A stretch of 64,000 nt of DNA from an uncultured Puniceicoccaceae bacterium. Its GTDB lineage: Bacteria > Verrucomicrobiota > Verrucomicrobiia > Opitutales > Oceanipulchritudinaceae. A program made the position numbers and the translations under genes. The notes beneath the pieces were generated by a model, which saw nothing but the letters and a program-made list of their open reading frames with translations, ran no database searches and was not told where the DNA came from. Positions 39,922 through 50,444 of this stretch are shown piece after piece (position 1 is the first letter of the stretch; every line of letters starts with the position of its first letter). The DNA is taken from the NCBI GenBank assembly GCA_963933835.1, contig CAWVVV010000001.1:416001-480000 (forward strand), given 5' to 3'.

Positions 39922-42063
39922 ATGCGCCTCAGTTACTTCACATCCTTTTGCCTCTTTATCACTCTCAGCCTGCAGAGCCTCAACGCTGCGCCCGTGCGTG
40001 ACATTCACGTCGAGGCCGAGCTTATCGCCCAAAATTTGAGCATCCAGCCCGGTGAAACCTTTACCGTCGGCCTACGGCTCGATCACGACGAACACTGGCA
40101 TACCTACTGGAAGTCCTCCGCCACGGGCTACGCGACTTCGGTCGAATGGGATCTTCCAGAGGGGTTCACTGCCAGCGATATTCAATGGCCGACACCCAAA
40201 CCCTATGCGCTGGGCGACTTCGTCGATTTTGTCTTCGAGGGCGAAATCATCCTCGAATTTGAGCTGACCGCCCCTGAAACCATCGCAGCTGGCGATCAAA
40301 TCACTTTAAACGCCTCCGCCGAATGGCTCATGTGCAAAGACACCTGCATACTAGGGAGCGCCGAGTTGAGCCTGAGTTTGCCGGTTTCGGATGATGCTTC
40401 AGCCCCCGACGCCCAATGGGCAGCACTCTTTGCTAAGAATGCTTCTAAAATGCCCCTCGCAGAGACCCCCTACTCGGCAACGGCATGGACGGAGGGCAAT
40501 AAAGTCTACCTCGCGGTGAGCGGTGATGAAGCCGTCCCAAGCGACCTCTACTTCTTCGACGATCAAATTTTCCTCAAACCTGTCGTCACGCAGCCTTCGC
40601 CAACACTCTCTGATGGCACTGTCGTGATTGAACTCGAAATCAATCCCGATGGCAGCGGCGAAGCTGACAGCCTGACCGGTGTGCTTTCGACGAGCGGCAG
40701 CTGGATAGCTGGCGCGCAACAAGCCGGATGGGCCCTCGATGTCGCGTGGGGTGAGCCGGTTAAAGCTGCGGTCACAAATGAAAGCGGCTCCGCAGACGAA
40801 GAGCCCACCAGCCTCCTCGGAATCATCGCCTTTGCTTTTATTGGCGGCCTCATTCTCAATCTCATGCCCTGTGTTTTTCCGGTTATCGGGATCAAGATCA
40901 TGGGCTTCGTTAATCAAGCGGGCGAAGATAAGAAAAAGATCGTCCTACACGGGCTTACCTTCACCGCAGGCGTGCTGATTTCGTTTTGGCTCCTCGCCGG
41001 CCTCCTCCTCATTTTGCGGAGCGGCGGCAACCAAGTTGGTTGGGGTTTCCAGCTCCAAAATCCAGCCTTCGTCTTTCTCCTCACTGCCTTCCTTTTTGCC
41101 TTCGGCCTGAACATGAGCGGTCTCTTCGAGATCGGAACCTCAGCAATCGGTGTCGGCAGCGGTCTGACTGCGAAATCCGGCCTCAGCGGCTCCTTCTTTT
41201 CTGGAGTCCTCGCCACCGTCGTAGCAACTCCGTGCGCCGCCCCATTCCTCGCTCCCGCTTTGGGCGTGGCACTCACGATTCCGCCCCTGCCCTCCCTGGT
41301 CCTATTCACCGCGATTGGACTCGGGCTCTCGACCCCCTACCTTCTGCTTTCGGCCTTCCCAAGTTTGATCAACAAGCTTCCGCGCCCCGGGCCATGGATG
41401 GAAACCTTCAAACAAGGCATGGCCTTCCTCCTTTATGCCACCGCTGGCTACCTCCTCTGGGTGCTCGTCGGGCAAATGGTCGAGGAACAAGGCTACGCCG
41501 TCGATGCCCTCCTCTGGTCGTTCTTCGCCCTCGTCCTCCTCGCCGTTGCGCTCTGGGTCTATGGCCGCTGGTGTGCGCCACATATGCCAAAGAAGACCCG
41601 CCGCATCGGCCTAGCTGTAGCGATCCTCGTCGGGCTCGGCGGGCTAGCCCTCGGGTATCCAAAGCAGGCCTACAACCCTGCCGCCTTAGCCGCAACCGAT
41701 GCCCCACCCGTGCAATGGGAAAAATGGGCTCCTGGCAAAGCCGAGGCACTCGCCGCTGACGGAAAGGTCGTCTACGTCGACTTCACCGCCCGCTGGTGCA
41801 CCACCTGTCAGGTAAACAAGAAAGCTGTCTTTAGTTCCGCCGAGGTCCGCCGCTTCTTCGCTGAAAACGACGTCGTCGCCCTCAAAGCCGACTGGACAAG
41901 CAAAGACGCTACCATCGCCCAAGCCATCGAGTCCTACGGGCGCGCGGCCGTGCCGCTAAATCTCATCTTCAGTCCTTCCCTCGAAGAGGAGATTCAACTC
42001 CCCGAGCTCCTCACGCCAGGTGTTGTCCTGAATGCGCTGGAGAGAGCGAAGAGCCAACCCTAG
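39922..42063 (+). CDS. dsbD: Protein-disulfide reductase DsbD family (N-domain, TM domain, thioredoxin)
   Basis: WHTYW..WP.P..MCKDTC, LNLMPCVFP, ATPCAAPF, DFTARWCTTC. Confidence 0.9.
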   Translation: MRLSYFTSFCLFITLSLQSLNAAPVRDIHVEAELIAQNLSIQPGETFTVGLRLDHDEHWHTYWKSSATGYATSVEWDLPEGFTASDIQWPTPKPYALGDFVDFVFEGEIILEFELTAPETIAAGDQITLNASAEWLMCKDTCILGSAELSLSLPVSDDASAPDAQWAALFAKNASKMPLAETPYSATAWTEGNKVYLAVSGDEAVPSDLYFFDDQIFLKPVVTQPSPTLSDGTVVIELEINPDGSGEADSLTGVLSTSGSWIAGAQQAGWALDVAWGEPVKAAVTNESGSADEEPTSLLGIIAFAFIGGLILNLMPCVFPVIGIKIMGFVNQAGEDKKKIVLHGLTFTAGVLISFWLLAGLLLILRSGGNQVGWGFQLQNPAFVFLLTAFLFAFGLNMSGLFEIGTSAIGVGSGLTAKSGLSGSFFSGVLATVVATPCAAPFLAPALGVALTIPPLPSLVLFTAIGLGLSTPYLLLSAFPSLINKLPRPGPWMETFKQGMAFLLYATAGYLLWVLVGQMVEEQGYAVDALLWSFFALVLLAVALWVYGRWCAPHMPKKTRRIGLAVAILVGLGGLALGYPKQAYNPAALAATDAPPVQWEKWAPGKAEALAADGKVVYVDFTARWCTTCQVNKKAVFSSAEVRRFFAENDVVALKADWTSKDATIAQAIESYGRAAVPLNLIFSPSLEEEIQLPELLTPGVVLNALERAKSQP

Positions 42064-42126
42064 AGCTCGCATGCGGGGACAACCAAGCTGTATCCAAGTT
42101 ATACAGAAACAACCTTTTTGACCGAG

Positions 42127-42393
42127 ATGAAAACGGCCCTATTGATTTCGATATTAGCTATAGCCTTCTATTCGACACTGAAGGTCTCCGCTCAGCCAAC
42201 CATCTACGGTGTCCAGAGCCGCGCGTCCTCGCCCAATTTCCAGCTCTTCAACCATATCAATGACGACTCCACTATCGCCAATCCGGATGCTCCTCTTTTC
42301 GTTTTAGCCGGCGGCATCCATGGAGCCGCATTTAAGGATGAAGTCTTCTATGGGGTAGAATTAGAAAACGGAGCTGGGTGGGATTTTCTATGA
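42127..42393 (+). pseudogene. Probably truncated secreted protein
   Basis: Signal peptide MKTALLISIL..SA-Q; ORF ends abruptly inside the opposite-strand fragment. Confidence 0.45.
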
Positions 42394-42817
42394 AGAAGGC
42401 AGAGAGGATGTGGTAGCTGTTATCGGTTGCGTCGCCTTCTACGCCGATGTCGCCGGAGAGGATGGTTGCGTTTGTAGTCACTCTAGCCTGGGAAAGCAGA
42501 GTTTCGCTGCCTGCGAAGCCGCCGTAGATGCTTACGCCTTCCCTGAGGGAGAACGTTGCGGAGCGGTTGCCGACTGTCTGGCTACCGCCTTCGTCCGGGT
42601 AGTAGGTGCCTGCTGCGACCCAGATCTCGTCGCCGGAGACGGCGAGCGCGAGGGCGTCTTGGAGGTTTTGAGAAGCGGTCTCCCAGGTGCTGTAAGGACT
42701 GGCGCTGGAGGCGGGGGCGATGCTCGCATTGACGTAAAGGCGGGCCGACGGGAGGGTGGCTGCGGCGGTGCCGAGCGTGAGGAGGAAGGCGGCGGCGAGA
42801 ATTCGACAGAGTTTCAT
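42332..42817 (-). pseudogene. Truncated beta-helix/Pmp-like secreted protein (N-terminus only)
   Basis: YVNAS..SWE-like TWETA..LQDAL..GDEIWVAAGTYYP..YGGFAG.E..ILSGDIG..DNSYH, then loss of the family pattern. Confidence 0.65.
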
Positions 42818-43212
42818 AAGAACGGAGCGATCTAAAAAGAGACTAAATGAGCACAGCAGGGAGTGTGTTGAGTTGGAAGAGAGGTAAGGAAACACGCAAT
42901 GTATTTATAAGAATCCCACAGCCTATAAGTGCTCATCATATAATCGAGAGGCTCTCGCCTCCAAAGCCCTAAAATGGGGCCGTCCACTAATTTCACCTTC
43001 CTCACCGTTCCCCATCTATTCCCTTTCAAGCATCTCCGCGTGAGGCAGTTGATGACTTGTCTCATGATTCACGGGTTCACTAGCGCCAGTCGTCGTGCTG
43101 GACTCGCGGGAGAAGGCGAAGGGGAATCTCTAACGAAGCGCCCAGCTCCCCCTAAGAGGAGATGGCAGACCCCTCTTCCTCTCCCTCCGTGCCTATAGCA
43201 CCCGCGCTATAG

Positions 43213-43238
43213 GTAGGGCCGCTTGTCCCCAAGCGGCT
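43213..43238 (+). repeat. GTAG-type REP-like palindrome
   Basis: GTAG-GGCCGCTTG-tccc-CAAGCGGCT; single copy in the window. Confidence 0.45.
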
Positions 43239-43277
43239 GTCACGAGGAACGTTCAGTAAGCGTAGTCGCTTTCCGTC

Positions 43278-44192
43278 CTACCCTACGATCTTCCCAAACG
43301 CCTTGAGGTAGAGCTCGCGGGTGTTGTCGATGACGTGCGCTGGCAACGACGGGCCCGGCGCGGTCTTGTCCCAGTCGAGGGTCTCGAGAAAGTCGCGCAC
43401 GTATTGCTTATCGAAAGCCGGCTGAGTTTTACCCGGCTCATAGACGGGTGCAGGCCAGAAACGCGAACTGTCTGGCGTGAGCACTTCGTCGATCAAGCAA
43501 AGCGTTCCATCGATATCAAAGCCGAACTCGAATTTTGTGTCCGCGAGGATGAGACCTGCGTTCTTCGCGGCGGCATTTCCGAGGGCATAGAGCTCTAGGC
43601 TGATCTCGCGGGTCTGCGCAAAGACGGCCTCACCCACAAGCGCCCCTCCTTCCGGCACCGTCACGGGCATATCGTGATCACCCACCGCGGCCTTCGTCGT
43701 GGGGGTGAAGAGCGGTAAAGGCAACTTTGCCGACTCGCCAAGGCCTTGCGGCAATTCCTGACCAAACAGGTTTCCATGCGCCAGATAGTGCTTCCATCCA
43801 CTGCCCGAGAGGTAGCCGCGGACGACGGCCTCGAGCGGCAGTGGTTTCATCTTCCGAACGAGCATCGAGCGCGCGATGAAAGCGGGAAAGTCCTTCAACA
43901 GGGCCGCCAGCTTTAGATCGTGATCTGGAACGAGGTGGTTCGGCACGATCTTCGTAATTTCCCCGAACCAATGCAGACTGAATTGGGTCAAGATAACGCC
44001 TTTCCCTGGAATCCCATCGGGCAGAACGACATCAAAAGCCGAAAGCCGATCGGTCGCGATGATAAGAAGCGTCTCACGATCGACCTCAAAGATTTCCCGC
44101 ACTTTACCCGAAGCGAGATGACGGAAGGGAAGCTCGGGAAGCTCTAATAATGCCGTCTCCGGGAGACGTGAGCGCAGTTCAGCAAGATTCAT
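43278..44192 (-). CDS. purC: SAICAR synthetase
   Basis: SGKVRE, TDRLSAFDV, EAVVRGYLSGS, DTKFEFG, DEVLTPDSSRFW, DKQYVRD. Confidence 0.97.
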   Translation of the reverse strand: MNLAELRSRLPETALLELPELPFRHLASGKVREIFEVDRETLLIIATDRLSAFDVVLPDGIPGKGVILTQFSLHWFGEITKIVPNHLVPDHDLKLAALLKDFPAFIARSMLVRKMKPLPLEAVVRGYLSGSGWKHYLAHGNLFGQELPQGLGESAKLPLPLFTPTTKAAVGDHDMPVTVPEGGALVGEAVFAQTREISLELYALGNAAAKNAGLILADTKFEFGFDIDGTLCLIDEVLTPDSSRFWPAPVYEPGKTQPAFDKQYVRDFLETLDWDKTAPGPSLPAHVIDNTRELYLKAFGKIVG

Positions 44193-44314
44193 GGATAGAT
44201 ATATCTAATTCAAGGAAACCGAGGAAAATGAACTGAAACGCATCTGCGGCAATTTTTTTAGGAAAAAGACTTGCTCGTCCACCTTCCTAAAGTAGCTTCC
44301 TCCCTCTTCACCGT

Positions 44315-44392
<78 letters not shown>

Positions 44393-44487
44393 TTTTTAAA
44401 AAATGGCATCCGTAGCTCAGAGACACGAAGAACAGGAAGTTTAGCACGACAACTTCTGTTCAAATCACTCCAAGAGCGCAAAACCCG

Positions 44488-44925
44488 CTATTCGCGGATT
44501 TCATCCTTGATCGCATATAAACTACGCGAGGCTTCAAAGGCAGAGTTTAGCAGTGCGATGCAGATCAGAAGCATACCTGAAACGAAGCTTATGACTGTTC
44601 CCATTAGGAATGAGAAAGGCGTCAGTATCGTTGCGGTGAAGAATCCAATCGAGAGCAGAAAGCAGAGCATCGCGAGGTAATGTCCGGCGACGCTATTGCG
44701 GAGCATCCAAGCCCGGCGTTGTAGAAACTCAAGCTGGCCAAAGTGCTTTTGTTGCGTCGCTTCATCCTCCGATCCCAAATGGGCCGACATCGCTCGAATC
44801 GTCTGAACGACACGACTGTAACGGGTCTGAAGGGCCCACACCAGCGTGGCGCACGAGGTAATGAGGAGAAAGGGCGACAGTGCAGTCGTAAACTGCAATA
44901 GAACACCAGCGCCTAACTCCTCCAC
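44488..44925 (-). CDS. DUF2721 family membrane protein (copy 2)
   Basis: ALSPFLL..LQTRYSRVV..R..LQRRAWMLRNS; GTG start uncertain (could be 44943). Confidence 0.75.
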   Translation of the reverse strand: MEELGAGVLLQFTTALSPFLLITSCATLVWALQTRYSRVVQTIRAMSAHLGSEDEATQQKHFGQLEFLQRRAWMLRNSVAGHYLAMLCFLLSIGFFTATILTPFSFLMGTVISFVSGMLLICIALLNSAFEASRSLYAIKDEIRE

Positions 44926-45374
44926 TCTTTCGCCTCCAAACACACGATTTGGAAGGAAAGCAAGGCCTCCCAGGTTGCGATCAGAATGCCGCTAAAAAGC
45001 GATAAGAGGGCTAGAACAAAGGCGATGAGTGATACGACCGGAGGCACGAACACCCCGATAAATGGCAGACCAAGCCCAAGCGACGCACAGACGAGGAAAA
45101 AGATCGTGAGGTAAAACGCACAGATCGAGTTACGCACTAAACGAGCGCGGCGCATGAGCGATTCCATCTGCGCGCGCAACCTCACCTTACGTTTTGTCGG
45201 CAAATCTTCAGTCCCTTCGGCCAAACTCTCCACATGCATCTGACGCAGGGTTGCGACCAAAGTGCTATACTTTGACTGCAAGCCTGCGAGCAACAGCCCG
45301 ACACCCGTAAAGACGACGGCAGGCGCAAGCGAGGCGTTGATAAAAGAAACGGTCGATTCAAGAGTGAGACTCAA
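44913..45374 (-). CDS. DUF2721 family membrane protein (copy 1)
   Basis: LAPAVVFTGVGLLL..KYS..LR..RRARLVRNSI..E. Confidence 0.75.
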   Translation of the reverse strand: MSLTLESTVSFINASLAPAVVFTGVGLLLAGLQSKYSTLVATLRQMHVESLAEGTEDLPTKRKVRLRAQMESLMRRARLVRNSICAFYLTIFFLVCASLGLGLPFIGVFVPPVVSLIAFVLALLSLFSGILIATWEALLSFQIVCLEAKEWRS

Positions 45375-45401
45375 GGGGGCCTTGTTCGAAAGTGTCGCTG
45401 A

Positions 45402-45971
45402 CTACTCTGCTGCCGCCGGAGCGGGAGGAGGAGCCATCGGCGGGCCGGATGGACCCATGTTGTGCGGGAGCAAAAGTAGGCGTGACCAGCGAGCCTCTGA
45501 TGTCGTCGTGCCGTCTGCGGCGGCGGCCTTGCCATGAATCGTGATGGTAGCTCCCGCTGGGATCGCTGTCTTGGGCCACATCAACATCGTTTTCCGCTTT
45601 GTATCCGCTTCAGTGCGAGCAACTTTCACTCGCTTCTTTTCCAGCATGGTGTCGTTCACTTCGACCCAAAAAGTCGAGGTGCCCGCCAAACTGAGTCCCG
45701 CATCGACGACGACGGTGTAGGAGCCGCCAATCGGAAGTCGGATCGAGGCAGACGCTTCGGTGTGCTCGGGGAGGTCGAGTGTCATCCATTTCTCGGCGTC
45801 ATATTTAAAATTCGATTCACTCAGATCGAACATATCGGCTGAGAAAGTCACCGCGCCTGGGACCGTTGAGAGATCCGGCAAGACGAAGTCCGCTGGTGGT
45901 TTGCCCGATGGCTGAGCCAGTAAAGAACCGGCCACAACGGTCGCGGCGAGAAGAGATAAAAGTAGTTTCAT
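45402..45971 (-). CDS. Hypothetical secreted protein with Pro-rich tail
   Basis: Signal peptide MKLLLSLLAA..LLA-Q; beta-rich body. Confidence 0.65.
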   Translation of the reverse strand: MKLLLSLLAATVVAGSLLAQPSGKPPADFVLPDLSTVPGAVTFSADMFDLSESNFKYDAEKWMTLDLPEHTEASASIRLPIGGSYTVVVDAGLSLAGTSTFWVEVNDTMLEKKRVKVARTEADTKRKTMLMWPKTAIPAGATITIHGKAAAADGTTTSEARWSRLLLLPHNMGPSGPPMAPPPAPAAAE

Positions 45972-46150
45972 TGGGGCAGAGGGGATCAGAGCTATCATTG
46001 TTTACGAGGAGTTAGATATGTGACGCCGGTCTAAGCAAGCTTCAGCGCGCAATTCTATAGATGCACTAAACCCTAAAGGCGTTCAGTCAAAGCGTTCGAA
46101 AATTGCGCTATTGAATCGCCGCTTCGTTTCGGACGATATCAGATCTCATC

Positions 46151-47053
46151 GTGAGCAGCTTCTCCATAACCCATTTACTCGCAAAACTCGTGCTGCTCGC
46201 ACTCGTTTCTGCCCTATCGACAAACCGAAGCGATGGAGCTTCGGCCGTGGTTACGACAGATTTCGAGCAAGGGCTTGGTCCATGGCAAGCGCTCTCAGAA
46301 GGCCTCTGGGAACTACAGGATATTGATGGCAATACCGTCGCCGCCCTCGTTGAAACAGGGGTCGATCGCCCACCCGTTCGGCGCCCTCAAGCCTACATCC
46401 TTTTAACTCAGCATGCTTTTCTTGACTTTACGATAACCGCCCGGGTCCAGTCGCTCGAGCCGAATACTCAGCTCGGGCGTGATGTTGTAGTGATTTTCGG
46501 CTACATCGACGATACGCACTACTATTACGCGCATTTAGCAAACAGCAACATTGGCACTTACCACAACATCATCGTTAAAGTGTCAGGTGATACGCGTGCG
46601 ATCATACAAAATAAAGCCAAGCCCGAGGCACGACTTTTTGATGGCTGGCAGGCTGTTAAAGTCACCCGAGACACCGAAGGTAATATCGCAGTTTTCATGG
46701 GTGATTTCGGAACCCCGATCATGACGGCTACTGAGATCGACTACCCTCTTGGGACGATCGGCTTCGGTTCCTTTGATGGCCGCGCGCTTTTTGACGACAT
46801 CCACGTCGAAGGAACACCTCCTGATTCGCTAACGATCGAACGACCGACAACACAGAGCGTAACGAGTGTCCATTACACCGTATACGAAGGCATTCCTGTA
46901 ACGATCGAGAGCTCCGCTGATTTCAGCAATTGGAGCCCGCTCTTCGAGCCAGTCACAACGCTCTTCACAAGCGTCCAGAGCTATGCACTGCCCACTCCGA
47001 TCAATACACCGACTTTCTTCCGAGTGGACTACGTATATCCTGCGCCCCTATAG
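46151..47053 (+). CDS. Secreted ConA/laminin-G-like domain protein with C-terminal ESSADFSNW..FFRV module
   Basis: Signal peptide, TDFE..W..DFTITARV..FGYIDD..GTIGFGSFD..FDDIHV. Confidence 0.7.
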   Translation: MSSFSITHLLAKLVLLALVSALSTNRSDGASAVVTTDFEQGLGPWQALSEGLWELQDIDGNTVAALVETGVDRPPVRRPQAYILLTQHAFLDFTITARVQSLEPNTQLGRDVVVIFGYIDDTHYYYAHLANSNIGTYHNIIVKVSGDTRAIIQNKAKPEARLFDGWQAVKVTRDTEGNIAVFMGDFGTPIMTATEIDYPLGTIGFGSFDGRALFDDIHVEGTPPDSLTIERPTTQSVTSVHYTVYEGIPVTIESSADFSNWSPLFEPVTTLFTSVQSYALPTPINTPTFFRVDYVYPAPL

Positions 47054-47171
47054 ACCTTGGGTTAAGTTTTCGGGTAATATTCAGGCATAATTGGCTAGGT
47101 AATGTGGCCTAAAAAACCCCACCACTTACATTGACCCCAGCCAAACACTACTGAATAAGGGCTCTAACATT

Positions 47172-48794
47172 ATGGACAAAAAGCCTTTTTCAGAGCTGGG
47201 ACTATCCCCAGAAACCCTCAAAGCCGTCTCTTCGATGGGCTTTGAGGAAGCCTCACCGATTCAATCTGCCGCCATTCCCGTGCTCATGAAGGGAGGCGAT
47301 GTTGTCGGCCAATCCCAAACAGGTTCAGGTAAAACAGCCGCTTTCGCGATCCCTGCGATCGAGCGGGTCGACACCCATTCAAAGGCCACCCAGGTTCTCA
47401 TCCTTTGCCCGACACGCGAACTCGCTGTTCAAGTCGCGGAAGAGACCGCCAAGCTCGCCGTAAACTTTAAAGGCCTGCGTGAACTTCCTGTCTACGGCGG
47501 GCAGTCCTACGAACGTCAGTTCCGCGGCCTCAAAGCGGGTGCCCATATCGTTATCGGGACTCCAGGCCGCGTCCTCGACCACATCGAGAAAGGCACTCTC
47601 AAGCTCGGTGAGATCAAGACCGTCATCCTTGACGAGGCCGACCGCATGCTCGACATGGGCTTCATGGAGGACATGCAGAACATTCTTTCCTTCATGCCGA
47701 AAACGCGCCAGACGGTGCTCTTTTCCGCCACTGTTCCCAAGCCGATCGAGCGCTTGATCAAAGAGTTCACAAATAATCCTTCGTGGGTCAAAATCGAGTC
47801 TAAGGAACTCACGGTTCCCCTCATCGAACAAGTCTGGTACGAAGTCTCTCGCCGCACGAAAGTCGAAGCTCTGTGCCGCATCATTGACAGCGAAGACATC
47901 GGCTACGCCGTCATTTTCTGTGCGACGAAGATGATGGTCGATGAACTCGTAGAACACCTTCTCGCCCGGGGCTACCCCGCTGACCGTCTACACGGCGACT
48001 TGAGCCAGCCCTTGCGCGAACGCGTCATGAGCCGCTTCCGCAATCGCTCAATCGAATTTCTCGTCGCAACCGACGTGGCTGCGCGGGGTCTCGATGTCAA
48101 AGATGTGGAAGTCGTCTTCAATTTCGACCTCCCGAACGATGGTGAAGACTACGTTCACCGCGTCGGCCGCACTGGGCGCGCCGGGAGCAAAGGCAAGGCG
48201 ATCACCTTCGTAGCCGGGAAAGAAGTCTATAAGCTGCAGAACATCATCAAGTTCACCAAAGGCAAAATCCGCCGTGAACAAGTGCCTACGATCGAGCAGA
48301 TCGAAGAACGCCGATCGAATGTCTTCTTTGAAAGTCTGCGCGGTCTCCTCGAAGAGGGGAACTTCAAATCTTTCGACCACTTCACTGACCGTCTCCTTGA
48401 GCAGGGCTATTCACCGACTGCGATCATTTCCGCTCTCGTCCATCTGCGCGAACAAGAGAATCCGAAAGTCAGCAAAACTGGGACCAAAGACATCGACTTT
48501 TCCGACACCAAACCGAAGCGGGATCGTGGCTTCAGCAAGGGCCCTTCAAACAAGAGCTACGGAAAGAAAAGGACCTTCAGCAGAAGGGGCGATGGTCCTG
48601 CACCTCGCCTCAATCGTGATCGAAAAGACAGCTATTCCGGTGGCGAAGGTTCAGGTGAAAAGAAACCGTACGAAAAGCATGGGCCGAAGAAAAAGTTCGA
48701 AGGGGCATCTTCATACGGTGGGGGAAAATTCGGAACCTTCAAAAACGCAAAGAAGAAGACCTTCGAGTTTAAGCATAAGCCGCGCGAAGACTAA
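47172..48794 (+). CDS. DEAD-box RNA helicase (DeaD/CshA-like)
   Basis: Q motif, QTGSGKT, PTRELA, TPGR, DEAD, SAT, ARGLD, HRVGRTGR; basic tail. Confidence 0.95.
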   Translation: MDKKPFSELGLSPETLKAVSSMGFEEASPIQSAAIPVLMKGGDVVGQSQTGSGKTAAFAIPAIERVDTHSKATQVLILCPTRELAVQVAEETAKLAVNFKGLRELPVYGGQSYERQFRGLKAGAHIVIGTPGRVLDHIEKGTLKLGEIKTVILDEADRMLDMGFMEDMQNILSFMPKTRQTVLFSATVPKPIERLIKEFTNNPSWVKIESKELTVPLIEQVWYEVSRRTKVEALCRIIDSEDIGYAVIFCATKMMVDELVEHLLARGYPADRLHGDLSQPLRERVMSRFRNRSIEFLVATDVAARGLDVKDVEVVFNFDLPNDGEDYVHRVGRTGRAGSKGKAITFVAGKEVYKLQNIIKFTKGKIRREQVPTIEQIEERRSNVFFESLRGLLEEGNFKSFDHFTDRLLEQGYSPTAIISALVHLREQENPKVSKTGTKDIDFSDTKPKRDRGFSKGPSNKSYGKKRTFSRRGDGPAPRLNRDRKDSYSGGEGSGEKKPYEKHGPKKKFEGASSYGGGKFGTFKNAKKKTFEFKHKPRED

Positions 48795-50092
48795 GCATCG
48801 GCAAAGGGGTTAACACCATCAACCCACGTTGCACCAACCTGATAGGAAAGGTTAGTGCCAACGTATGGCGAATGACTGTGTCGATCGAGCAGATCCGATT
48901 TCGACACCGTAGCCTCCGCTCTTTTCAAACGACAGAGATCAGCCGGAAAGCCAACCTCTAGGCGACCGGTATCGAGGCCGAAGATATCGGCAGGCGCATG
49001 CGCAACCAGATCGGCCACCGTTTCGATTCGCTGCCCACGGCACACTAGCCCTTCTGCAAGCAGCGGCAGTGAATGCTGAACACCCGATATGCCACCCCAA
49101 GCGGCAGCGAAGTTTTCGCCCTGTTTCATCGAAGGAGGACAGGGCGAATGGTCTGAGCCCACTGTATCCACTTCCCCTCTACAAAGCGCTTCCCAGAGCT
49201 TTGTTTGTTCAGCTGCGTTTCTCAGCGGAGGTGCGCACTTCGCCAATGGGCCGAGCCGCTCAAGGTCATCCTCCGTCAAGCAGAGATAGTGTGGGCAGGT
49301 CTCGGCGGTCACATCGATGCCTTTTCCTTTAGCTCCTGTAATAAGCGCAAGGCCATCTGCCGAAGTCACGTGCACGATATGCAACGGACAGCCTGTTTGC
49401 TCGGAGAGGGACAGCGCTTCGCGGATTGCGATCAGCTCAGCTTCGATCGGGCGACTCTCTAAAAATGCATTCACATCACAACGGCCCGCCGATGTCATCT
49501 CGGCCGCAAGTCGTGCGGTGAGCGCTTCGTCTTCGGCATGCACTGCGACACGCATCCCCGGAAGCTTTGCGACGATTTCCATCCCCTTGCCGAGTGAATC
49601 TGAGTCCACGCGCGCAAAATCGTCGATGCCACTGTCAGCCATAAAGGCCTTAAAGCCAATCACGCCGCACTCATAGAGCGGCTCAAGTTGATCAAGGTTA
49701 TCTGGTGTCAGCCCGCCCCAGAGTTTTACCTTCACGCGGCTATGCTTCTTCGCCGCCGCTTCCTTTTCTCTGAAACGTTCAGGAGTGAGCAGCGACGGAG
49801 ACGAGTTAAGCGGCATATCAAAGACGGTTGTTACTCCACCCGCAGCGGCCGCGGCCGAGCCACTTGCAATGCCTTCCCAGTCTGTCCGACCCGGCTCATT
49901 GAAGTGCACATGCGCATCGATCATTCCGGGTAAAAGCCAATCACCTCCAAGATCGATTTCTTTGACCGCCTTTCCTGACACGTCAGCTCCAATCTCGCTG
50001 ATTCGGCCCTCTGAAATCGCGAGGTCTCCTTGGATTGGACCCGAAGGCGTAATCAATATTCCATTACGAAAAATAAGGTCATGCAACGACAT
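48791..50092 (-). CDS. allB: Allantoinase
   Basis: DAHVHFNEPGRTDWEG, DMPLNS, ETCPHYL, KCAPPLR, SDHSPC, AWGGISG. Confidence 0.9.
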   Translation of the reverse strand: MSLHDLIFRNGILITPSGPIQGDLAISEGRISEIGADVSGKAVKEIDLGGDWLLPGMIDAHVHFNEPGRTDWEGIASGSAAAAAGGVTTVFDMPLNSSPSLLTPERFREKEAAAKKHSRVKVKLWGGLTPDNLDQLEPLYECGVIGFKAFMADSGIDDFARVDSDSLGKGMEIVAKLPGMRVAVHAEDEALTARLAAEMTSAGRCDVNAFLESRPIEAELIAIREALSLSEQTGCPLHIVHVTSADGLALITGAKGKGIDVTAETCPHYLCLTEDDLERLGPLAKCAPPLRNAAEQTKLWEALCRGEVDTVGSDHSPCPPSMKQGENFAAAWGGISGVQHSLPLLAEGLVCRGQRIETVADLVAHAPADIFGLDTGRLEVGFPADLCRLKRAEATVSKSDLLDRHSHSPYVGTNLSYQVGATWVDGVNPFADA

Positions 50093-50440
50093 CGCCAAAG
50101 CCTTCCTCTGCTAAGCGTGCAACTGCATCCACGAAGACCTCTAGGGCTGCTCGGATGTCTTCGGGTTTCACGTATTCATCGGGGTGGTGGCTGAGCCCTT
50201 GGCGGCAGCGAACGAAGAGCATTCCCACGGGGCAAATCTCCGACATCGCGACGGCATCGTGTCCAGCCCCACTGATAATCTGGGGAGCCTTACCCTGCAC
50301 CGCCTCAGCGCTGCGCGTAAGCAGATCTACTAGGTGCGGATCCATCGGCACCACTTCTGATTGCTGCAGGTAATCGAAACGCAGACGAAGCTTTCTCACC
50401 CGAGTGACTTCAAGGCACTTGGCATGGATCATTTCCGCCC
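50079..50440 (-). pseudogene. C-terminal remnant of allantoate amidohydrolase (M20 family)
   Basis: SGAGHDA, MLFVRC, GLSHHPDE; the N-terminal part of the enzyme is absent. Confidence 0.8.
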
Positions 50441-50444
50441 GAAG

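Noticed and set aside
42832..43065. 77-aa ORF as a REP-associated tyrosine transposase remnant
   Set aside because: Only a vague LWRREPLDY..YI resemblance and no HUH motif; not supportable without a search
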